In this document: one piece after another, positions 39,493 to 49,159 of the stretch
How the letters are laid out: every line of letters starts with the position of its first letter
How positions within the stretch are numbered: the stretch's first letter is position 1
Source: Paraspadella gotoi
Taxonomy: Eukaryota; Animalia; Chaetognatha
Direction of reading: 5' to 3'
Length of the DNA: 64,000 nucleotides
Assembly (NCBI GenBank): GCA_051294375.1
Contig: CM119271.1
Coordinates: 11,613,896 to 11,677,895 of the forward strand
The notes under the pieces: generated by a model
Database searches by the model: none
What the model saw: only the letters and a program-made list of their open reading frames with translations
Told to the model about the DNA's origin: nothing
Program-made: the position numbers and the translations under genes

Positions 39493-40520
39493 TAGCGCAG
39501 AAAACGGAAGAGGAACGTATTTTCCTTAAGTACGAGATTCGCTGTTTCCAACGACCGATGAGACTAAGAGAGAATTCGCGAAGGGGAAAGAGAGAGATAG
39601 AGACGCCTCTCTGCTCTCCCTCTATTTTTTTTCTTCCCATTTCTCTCTCTCTCTTTCTCCCTCTCTCACTCACCTCTCCCGTCTCATTCCTTGCCTTCCC
39701 GGAAAATTTGCTTTCGCTTGGCAAAAAACCTCTCGTCTCTCTCTCTCTCTTTTTTTTTCTCGATACTAATCCTTTCTCTGTTCTCATCTTTAACTTATAA
39801 TTCCCTCATCCACCATAGAAAGTGATCAAGCGGCGTACAGTGCTTCTCTGCAACAAAAGTTCCCAAAGCGAGGCGGCGCTCAGCGTGAACAGTGAAAGCT
39901 TAAAGGAGCCGAAGATTGAAAACGAAGCCAAAGACTGTTAAAACTGATGCTTCTTTAGTTTTAGAACCAAATCTTTAATATGCCTGCTCAGCATCCTCTC
40001 TTCTCTCTCTCTCTCCTCTCTCTACCTCTCTCTCTTCCATCTCTTTCTCTCTCTCCTCCTCTCCCCTGCTATCTCTCTCTCCCCTCCTCTCCTCTCTCTC
40101 CTCTCTTGCTTGCGCTCGCCACGGCTATGTCGTTGCAATCGCAGAACTGGGATTTATTTTCTGAGTTTTCGGAAATAAGTTCGAATTCTAAACGCGGAAC
40201 ACCCGCTCTTTCCGCCGAAACATTCTGCTATATTCTATTATTCTCTTTTCTACCTTACAAGTATAGCACATTGCTTTAATGCGGTCTTTCAACATACATG
40301 CAATGGCACGCTTGCGGCTTATGAAGCCGGGCGCATTTGTTACTACAACCAGAATCGTCCTCGTCGGAACTCTATCTCCATTTACTGAAAGGTCTTGCCG
40401 CATTTGAACTTTTTCGGATCGCCGACGAAATCCAATTTGCAGAGATAAGAACGACAGAAAAACAGTTCAGCCTTTGTGCTTTGCTCTTTTGTGGCTGGGG
40501 CGGAATTTAGAGATGAGAGA
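28294..40520 (+). other. Tandem ~6.1-kb duplication (offset 6092 bp), itself a noisy copy of ~23900-28268. Probable assembly artefact
   Basis: 28294-~33400 and 34386-~39490 look base-for-base identical, including error-like noise, and paired ORFs in the track differ by exactly 6092. Each copy begins right after a 25-N gap (28269-28293 and 34361-34385). Confidence 0.92.
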
Positions 40521-41962
40521 CGAAAGAGAAAGATGTAGAGGAGGAGAGGAGAGGAGAGAGGGAGGAAGTGTTCTGCACCCGCACGGTCAGGGATGAGCCT
40601 TTGCAATAATGTTGAGGCCGCACGGTTGAATTGATAAAGCGAGAGACGAGAGAGAGAGAGAGAGAGAGAGACCGCCAGGTTGATGGATGAAGTGAAAAGG
40701 CGGACGGTTGCTCTTTGAAGTAGAAGGACGAGGAAAGACTTAGAAAGAGATGGAAAATTGTGGAAAGAGGTGGAAAAATATTAGAAATTAGTGGAAAAAT
40801 AACGAAAAAGAAGTGAAAAAAAGATTTAATTTAGTTTAAAAAGTTAAAAAGTTAAAAAATGTTGAAAAAAATATTTTTTGAGGAAAACACTATTTACACA
40901 TAGAATAATAGAAGTGAAAAAATGTTAGATAATCCAGACCAGAAAACAAAAATTCACGCAGAAAAAATAATTCACAAAAATCAACTATGAATTAAAATAT
41001 AATTTGAATAAAAAACGCGCGAAAGAAAAAAAAATATTCATGTACCAATTATTTATAAGCTTGCCACGAAAACGCTGTCGCTTTACCAAGACAAAGTAAG
41101 CTAATTAGCAAGCTGCGTGCAGGAGAAAGGAATCAGCGGGACTAAGAGCACTTGGGCAGAACCAAAAACCCAGAGGAAAGGGGGGGGCGTTGACTCCATT
41201 TGCGTTGACAGAAAATGATGGAAAGAGGAAAGTTTGGGCAAACTATGTCGCGTAAAGTTATGATTATTTTAATATAATTTATATTTCATAAATATAATTT
41301 TTTTAAATATTAATAATAAAATGTTTTATAAAATATATTTAAAAAGTTATTATATATAGCTTTTATTAAAATTAATTTATTTGTTATAAAATATTAATTA
41401 AAATTATTTTTTTCTTTTTTAAGATTAAGTTAAAAATAAATATCTAATAATCTATAATAATTTTTTTTTCAAAATTACTAAAAATGTTTTATAATAATTA
41501 TCGCATCTATAAATTATTAAATTAATATTTTTATTAATTATACAATAATTGAAAGATAATTATTATATACTAATTGAAGGACCAACCAAGGACTCGACTT
41601 AAAGAGTCGCCAAGTTTTCACGCAACCAAAGATTGACTTTTAGTGCAGCAGTAAATTCGCTTTGAAATTTTCGAGGCTGAGAACTAAAATGACGTCTTAA
41701 GGCTGAAGAGACGAAAGGGAAAAAGCGAATCGTATAATCGGGTTTATGATTTATGGGCTGGAGTTTTGAACTTTTATAACTAAATGGGTGACGCGACAGA
41801 TGATTAATGTGCAGATATTTACTACTGATTCGAGGCGAAACTGGATTGAATTTGTTAAGGATAAGTTGAGTATTTTCAATAATAGGAATGAAGTATGGAC
41901 GTAGGTACAACTGTGCGAATGAAGTGGCCAAAGTAAAATTAAAAATTATAATAATAAATACG

Positions 41963-42031
41963 TTTTTTATTGTTTAAAGACAACGGTAAAATTGTGTTTC
42001 AATTTTACCCTTGTTTTTAAACAATAAAAAA
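41963..42031. repeat. 69-bp inverted repeat / hairpin (32-bp arms, 5-nt loop)
   Basis: TTTTTTATTGTTTAAAGACAACGGTAAAATTG-tgttt-CAATTTTACCCTTGTTTTTAAACAATAAAAAA, with 2 non-Watson-Crick positions. Confidence 0.8.
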
Positions 42032-42558
42032 AATCGTAACTAAAACTTATCAACAACAACGATTAGAAATAAATTATATTAATTATATGTACAAAACATA
42101 TATATTACTACTCAGAATTATGTTATATTTGAAAAAAATTGTCATCACATTATTAATTTTCTCCCGTTTTGTAAATTTATCAAATCTAGTTGTATAGTGA
42201 AATTACTGAAACTATTATTTTTTGCGTTTTTTATTTTCCTTTTTAAAGGCCTTGTTTGTCGTAAACTAGAGATATTTCAATGACTCTGTAGTCTGTATAA
42301 TAACGTTCTTTCGATCGTACAACCGCGCTCGTAAGCAGTACGTACAATCTCGCGTACAACCCAGCGAGTACTGGATCGCACGAAGCGTTCCGGTCCGAAT
42401 CGCCAGAGGCTGATTAGCATCAAAACCTCGTTCGCGGCGCTGCGGCGGCGGCGGGCGGCGGGCGGCGGCGGCGTGGGCGGGAATCGAACCTCGGACATCT
42501 ACATGAATATCCATTGCCTTCTCTCTCGGTGAAGGACTAGATATAATGCGTCAGTCAT

Positions 42559-42595
<37 letters not shown>

Positions 42596-43302
42596 TAAAA
42601 AAGGGGAAAAAAATCAGGAGAGAATTGGAAAATAAAAATCGAGGTTTAGAAAAGAGAGAAAAGCAAAACGTGAAAAAAGTAGAAATATGAAAAGATGGTG
42701 GGAGAGAATTGTGAAAGAGAGATAAAATGAAAGAGTGTGAGAGAGATAGAGTGAATGGATTAATAAGATTGAGAGAATAAAATAGTGAAAGAGTGAGTGA
42801 ATGGATAAATGATAAAGTGAAAAAATGAATAAATGAAATAGAGAAATGATGAAAGAGTGAATGAATGAAACAGGAAGAATGAATCAAAGAATGAATGAAT
42901 GAGTAAAAGTGTGAATAAGTGAAAGTTAAAAAAGAAATAAAAGTAAAGATTGGAAGAATTTAAGATAAAAAGTACGAAAATTTGATTGTGTGACTGAACT
43001 TAGCATTGAAACTCTAATACAGTGAAACAATCAAGGGGCAAGATGGCTTATTTATTAAATGAATGGATATTTATTACATTGGTTGTTCCAATTTTAAAGT
43101 AACAGCTAAAAGGTGACGGACGGACTGACCGAGTCAAGGAATAAAAATAGAAATCGATGACATCATAAGATATTCACTGGAATTATTGAGATGTGAAAGA
43201 ATTGATCAGTGAGAGAGTTAAAAAGCGGATACAGAAAAGAGCAAAGAGGAATGTGAAGAGGAAAGCAAAAAAGGAGTGAAGTGCTGAAAGGCTGAGAGAC
43301 GA

Positions 43303-43460
43303 TGCGGATTCGGCGCTCAGTGTGCTGAAGATGACTATCCGCTACTTCTTTAACCCCCTCTAACAGCCATGGACTGGGCTTAGAACCAGGTAAGGTACCA
43401 TTGGGTATTACTCAATGAGCCACCGGGTCACTACTGAAGGAGTGAACTTATTGCAATGCG
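43303..43460 (-). mobile_element. Internally deleted copy of the TG...CA tRNA-like element (family B)
   Basis: It matches the reverse complement of 50872-51156: TGCGGAT..GGCGCT..GCTGAAGATGACTATCCG..AGCCATGGA..CTGGGCTT.GAACCAGG..TTACTCAATGAGCCACCGGGTCA..ACTGAAGG. Confidence 0.8.
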
Positions 43461-43797
43461 CGGAAAAGAGAAGAGAAGAGAAGAGAAGAGAAGAGAAGAG
43501 AAGAGAAGAGAAGAGAAGAGAAGAGAAGAGAAGAGAAGAGAAGAGAAAAGAAAAGAAAAAAAAAGCGTGAAATAAATTTGTCTTCAACAAACAGGCTTTT
43601 GTTAAAACTCAGATAAAAAATCGCTGAGAGAGAGAAAACACGAAAACTTTTCAAAGACTGAAATTTTTTTTCGCGCTAGAAAAAGAGAAAATTACACCCG
43701 AGAGTCAGATAGAGATGGAGACAGAAAGCAGTATGCAATGCATACTATGCATGTGTATGTAAATGAAGCTATTCGGTAAAATATAATATTATTGGTA

Positions 43798-44727
43798 CAT
43801 GGTGACAATTTTACAAGCGCCGGTAGAAATACGCNNNNNNNNNNNNNNNNNNNNNNNNNNNNNNNNNNNNNNNNNNNNNNNNNNNNNNNNNNNNNNNNNN
43901 NNNNNNNNNNNNNNNNNNNNNNNNNNNNNNNNNNNNNNNNNNNNNNNNNNNNNNNNNNNNNNNNNNNNNNNNNNNNNNNNNNNNNNNNNNNNNNNNNNNN
44001 NNNNNNNNNNNNNNNNNNNNNNNNNNNNNNNNNNNNNNNNNNNNNNNNNNNNNNNNNNNNNNNNNNNNNNNNNNNNNNNNNNNNNNNNNNNNNNNNNNNN
44101 NNNNNNNNNNNNNNNNNNNNNNNNNNNNNNNNNNNNNNNNNNNNNNNNNNNNNNNNNNNNNNNNNNNNNNNNNNNNNNNNNNNNNNNNNNNNNNNNNNNN
44201 NNNNNNNNNNNNNNNNNNNNNNNNNNNNNNNNNNNNNNNNNNNNNNNNNNNNNNNNNNNNNNNNNNNNNNNNNNNNNNNNNNNNNNNNNNNNNNNNNNNN
44301 NNNNNNNNNNNNNNNNNNNNNNNNNNNNNNNNNNNNNNNNNNNNNNNNNNNNNNNNNNNNNNNNNNNNNNNNNNNNNNNNNNATATACTACAAGGATTTG
44401 AAGTATAGTCATTCTCGTTTAGATTTGAAAGAGGCTTCAGCAAGATAATAATATTAATATTATTTATATTAAATTCTTTCAGAACACTTACTGAAAGTAA
44501 GAAAAAAAATGAATCTAAAAAGTGAGTTAGAAAATGAAACCGATTTTACAAGCCAACTTTCTCCACTCATTGCCAAGGCATATTCTTTAACTGATCAATA
44601 TAAAATATTGAACACATAAATGACTTTAATATGTTCTACTCAACTAATTTTAAAATCAATGCGAAAGATAACCGACTATTTTGCCAAATACAGTATTTCT
44701 ACCGGCGCTTGTAAAATTGTCACCATG
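43798..44727. mobile_element. Tc1/mariner-type non-autonomous TIR element spanning an N gap
   Basis: Perfect 35-bp TIRs CATGGTGACAATTTTACAAGCGCCGGTAGAAATAC (43798-43832 and reverse complement at 44693-44727), with TA on both outer sides. The interior 43835-44382 is N. Confidence 0.8.
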
Positions 44728-45539
44728 TATGATTTTTATACTTTTTATTACAAAAAATTTTAAAAAACCGACCAATAAGGCTTGGTTTGTTTGTCATGTG
44801 TGTGAGGAGAAAGAGAGAGAGAGAGAAGGAGAAGAGAGGAGAGATGAGAGAGAGAGAGAGAGAGAGAGGAGAGGAGTGAAAGGAAAGAGTGAATGTGAGC
44901 AATGGAGAGAAAAAAAAAGGAAAAAGTCAAAGAGAGAGAGAGAAGTACACACACACACACACATCGAAAATCCCCGAAGAAACGCGAAGACTTTTGATGA
45001 GTATCGACAAGAAAGACGACGATGATGACGACGACGACGAGATGACGAAAAAGACGACGACGACGAAAAACTACGATGAAGAAGACGACGACGATGATGG
45101 CGGCATCGGCCAGTATCATCGAAAGCGGCATCGGGCGGCGGCGGCGTCGGCGGCGGCCGCGCGACGATGGGCGTAGCGATATTCGCGCGCAGAAACTGAG
45201 TTTAGCTGCGAAAGTCAACAAATGTCAATTCAGCGTCTTTCTTGCAGCCTCGTCGTCGTCGTCCACGCGCCCGTCGTCGGAATTATTGTCGTTATCGCAC
45301 GCGTTGCCAATAGCGACGCGTTTTCGCTTGAAATTTCCTCGTCGTCGTCGTTTTCGTCGTCGTCGTTTTCATCGTCGTCCTCTCTGCCTCGACCCCATAA
45401 ACGTAAACTAAGAAAGAATCTTTTAAAAGAAGATCAACTCGTTTTTATGAGTTTGGGTAACAAACATTAAATAAACAAATCTTTGTTAATAGGGGGAGAG
45501 AGAGGGAGGGAGAGGAGGAGAGAGAAGAGAGAAGAGAGA

Positions 45540-45575
<36 letters not shown>

Positions 45576-46097
45576 TTTAAACCTATCCCGAGATCATTTT
45601 TCTATTGCTCTTTCGTCCTTGCTTTATTTTTCTAATCTTTTGTTCGATTCATGCGTTGGAAGACTAAGTGTCTTTTGTTTCCGCGCGCCCTCTGTTGTTC
45701 GTTCGGGTAAAGGTTTTAACTGCGCAGCATTCGCTTATCAATTTCACTTAATTTAGTGGCTATTACTTATTCTTTTTAAATTTCATGTATCAAATTAGTC
45801 TTATTAATTTTTAAATTATTTTGTTGGTAATTTCATTATCATATAATATTTCTTCTTATTATTAATTTATTATTATTTTCATTATTATTATTAGACAACC
45901 AAAATGTAACTATATGATATTAATTTAGCATTGTTTTCCCCTCTTAATCAAAATATTCGGGTAACAGTAATACTGTTAATACTGTTACTAACCGTATGTC
46001 ATGACTAGAGATTAGCGTAAACCGAAATTCATAGACCTTAAGCTAAAACGTAATATCATTCAAAAATAACTGCAAAAAATAAATCTCTTTTCAAGAA

Positions 46098-46200
46098 AAT
46101 ATAAATCCGTAGACTCGTGTCCGTCCGTCCGTCCGGTGTCGTCCGTCCGTCCCGTAGTCCTTGCTTGATGACCGCCTTGGGGCAGGTGGCCGCTTCTAGT
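46098..46200 (+). mobile_element. Short non-autonomous Helitron-like element (3' end)
   Basis: A (GTCC)n microsatellite is followed by a GC-rich hairpin CCGCCT-tggggc-AGGTGG, then CTAG (46196-46199) and a T-run. This is a canonical Helitron 3' signature. Confidence 0.6.
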
Positions 46201-47160
46201 TTTTAACGCTCTTTTGCTCTCTCTCTCTCTCTCTCTCTCTCTCGCTCTCGTTTGACTCATCGTCTCGCGCCAAGGTCGCTGTTTTATTCATTTTTTTCCA
46301 CAAGAGAGAAAAGATAAAAAGAAAGGACAAGTGAAGAGGAGGAGAAGGAGAAGGAGGAGGAAGAGGAGGGGAAGTGAAGAGAAAAGATGGCGAGATTTTC
46401 GTTTTGCTTATTTTTAAATTTTAAAAAGTTGTTCAATTTTTTTGTAAACCTTACAGGATACAGAGGGCTTTTACCGGATATAGGTGTAAATAATATGTAA
46501 TATTTAATAGTTTGTTAAAACTGTTTGTTATTCAATTCACACTGATGCTAGTAAAAAAGGTATAAAACTCAAACCGAAACCGAAGTAATTTTACAATAAC
46601 AAGGTTTTTTTGCGAAAACAATAAGAAACATTTTAATTAATATTATATAATAATATACATATATATATGTCATTATCTTGTATAACCACCAAAGCCTGTC
46701 CAAAGTCAAGGGCAAGATAGCTTATTTATTAAATGAATTAATAATTTTTATATTGTATATAAAAAATATATATATACATTTAATTATGTGCTATTTTTTA
46801 ATACCTCTTTTAAAAAAATCCCTCTAAAAAAATAAAATGTATTTTATAATACAATAGATATATTATATGATATAGTTTATAATAATAAGACCTTACACAG
46901 ATTCGTACTCCCCGTGAAAAACAGAGGATGGGATTAATAAAAAAGTTCTCATGGTTCAAAGTTATTCCATCCAAAAAAAAAAAAAGTTAATGTATGGAAA
47001 TTTTTTGCCTTCTAGTCTTTTCTCTTGCTATTTTCATTCACGATCTCGCTCTCTCTCTCTCCCTCACTCTCCTTTCGAAATTTCTCTTTTAAAAAAGTTG
47101 CCCCAAATTCCTCAGTACTTTTCTTTTTGCACTGTTAATTTAAGTAATTCAAAGATTTCC

Positions 47161-47330
47161 GTTGTGATGGTGATGAGTGAACAGCAGATGTAATGTTATG
47201 ATACGTATCATCGCAATAAATGAATTGATTCAATTCAAAAATTTTTTTTTCGTTGTGATGGTGATGAGTGAACAGCGGATGTAATGTTATGATACGTATC
47301 ATCGCAGTAAATGAATTGATTCAATTCAAA
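47161..47330 (+). repeat. Two-copy ~80-bp local tandem duplication (period 91 bp)
   Basis: GTTGTGATGGTGATGAGTGAACAGC(A/G)GATGTAATGTTATGATACGTATCATCGCA(A/G)TAAATGAATTGATTCAATTCAAA occurs at 47161 and 47252. Confidence 0.9.
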
Positions 47331-48785
47331 GATCATCGTATTCATCATCTTCAATACTAATTGACAAAGAGCGGCTGCGTTTTTACAAATTTTAGCTTTT
47401 CCTATCTATTGGATAGTCCTCTGTCCCCCAAAATTTTAACGATAATTAAAGATTGAAATTCTCCTTAAGTGCTTAATTTTTTTTGGCAAACCCAATCAAA
47501 AATTTAAATGATGGTGTCACAAGAAAATTCAAGGCAGGGATTCTCACAGATAATTTAGACTGATATAAATACTTAAGTACTAAAATTATTGTTTGAGCTG
47601 CCTCGACTTTCTGACTGACTTTCGAGATGGCGACGATCGTGGTTTCAAATGTAGTTTGTTTATTACAAATTCGAGTTTAAAAAGTTCATAATTAAGTCGA
47701 TAATTAAGTCCATAAAATCATAAAAAAGTCCATTACTATATATATATGTGTTTTATTCGTTTACAACAATTAGTTGAAACAGTACATTCAAAAGGGCATA
47801 CAGCATTACAGATAAATTGTACAGTTTACAATTCAACAAAATATATAATTAACAGAACGAGAAAAAAAGAAAAAAATCTTAAAAGCATAAGGATCGTCGC
47901 AATTGCATAAGAAAAATCTGGATTGACGACAAATTTTGATACTAAAAAAAATCAAATTTGAAAAAAAAAAATTTATAAACAGAAAGAAAAAGAAGAAAAG
48001 AATAAATAAAGAATAGAAAGGAAAGAAAGGAAAGAAAGAATAGAAAAAAAAGAATAGAAAAAAAAGAATAGAAAGGAAAGAAAGAATAGAAAGGAAAGAA
48101 AGAATAGAAAGAAAAGAAAGAAAGGAAAGAAAGAATAGAAAGGAAAGAAAGGAAAGAAAGAATAGAAAGGAAAGAAAGAATAGAAAGGGGAAAAAAAGAA
48201 AATTAATTTATAAACAGAAAGAAAAATTCTATTTTGCGATTGTCAATTTACAGTTACAGTTTCTGAAAAAAAAAAGAGAGAAAAAAAACAAAACTTTTTC
48301 ATTGTCAAAAGAATAAATATAAAACAGTAAAATAACTTATTTTCGAGTTTAATTTTTAGCAAGTACTAAGACTGGAGTAACATTATTGCGACCTCTCTAA
48401 ACACTGTCAGCATTCCCAGACAAAAGACAAAGTGAAACTTGAATCAGACTGACGAAGTGAAGTAAAGACTAAAGTGAAATAAAAACCCGAGGTTACTATA
48501 GCAAAATGATAACATGCACGAATGCGATGCTTATTTTTACGAGTTCAATCCCAATTCAATTTTTTTTTTAAATAAAAACACAGAGAGAGAGAGAGAGAGA
48601 GAGAGAAAAGAAAGAAATCAAATGGCAGCAGCAGAAGCAGTAGAAGAAAAGAGAGAAAAAAAGAAAGCCCCTGCAGAGCCAACTGCAGACTCAAAAGGCA
48701 GCAACAAAAGCAGCAGGAGAAAATAGAGAAAAAGAATAAACCCCTGCAGAGCCAGCTGCAGACTCGTTTTTTTTCCCCTATGTCA

Positions 48786-48820
48786 TAGGGTTAGGGTTAG
48801 GGTTAGGGTTAGGAATAGGG
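48786..48820 (+). repeat. Short interstitial (TTAGGG)n tract
   Basis: TAGGG(TTAGGG)3TTAGGAATAGGG. Confidence 0.75.
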
Positions 48821-49044
48821 AAAAGAGAGAGGGAGAGAGACATGTAATTAAAAGAAAAAAGAGAGAGAGAGAAAAATATGAAAATAAAAGAGAGAAAATT
48901 TGTTTGTTTTGATAAAATGTAAACAAAACATATTTAATAACTGTCCAGACTCAATTTTAAACACATCGATTATGAGAAGCTGTATATAAATTTTCAGCTT
49001 CATAAACCAAAATTTAATCATAAAAAAGGCGATCTATAATTTGG

Positions 49045-49137
49045 AACGACGACGACGACGACGACGACGCCGACGCCACTTATGCGCAAAAGTGTTACAA
49101 TATCGTCGCAAACGCTTAGCGATTGCGACGATAAAAA
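49045..49137 (+). mobile_element. Terminus of a HINE/DINE-1-like (Helentron-associated) element
   Basis: An (ACG)n microsatellite is followed by the hairpin TATCGTCGCAA-ACGCTTAGCGA-TTGCGACGATA (49101-49133) and an A-run. A matching ATCGTCGCAA at 47893 may be the partner sub-terminal repeat. Confidence 0.5.
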
Positions 49138-49159
49138 GAAAAAGGAAAACAATTCAACA

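Noticed and set aside
42470-42500. tRNA gene from the B-box GGTTCGATTCCC on the minus strand (similar at 28188-28203)
   Set aside because: There is no A box or cloverleaf, so at most it is a SINE relic.
47161-47330. Tandem C/D snoRNAs (GTGATGA box C)
   Set aside because: There is no CTGA box D, terminal stem or recognisable rRNA guide.
48786-48820. True telomere or chromosome fusion site
   Set aside because: It has only three perfect units in one orientation and is internal to the scaffold.
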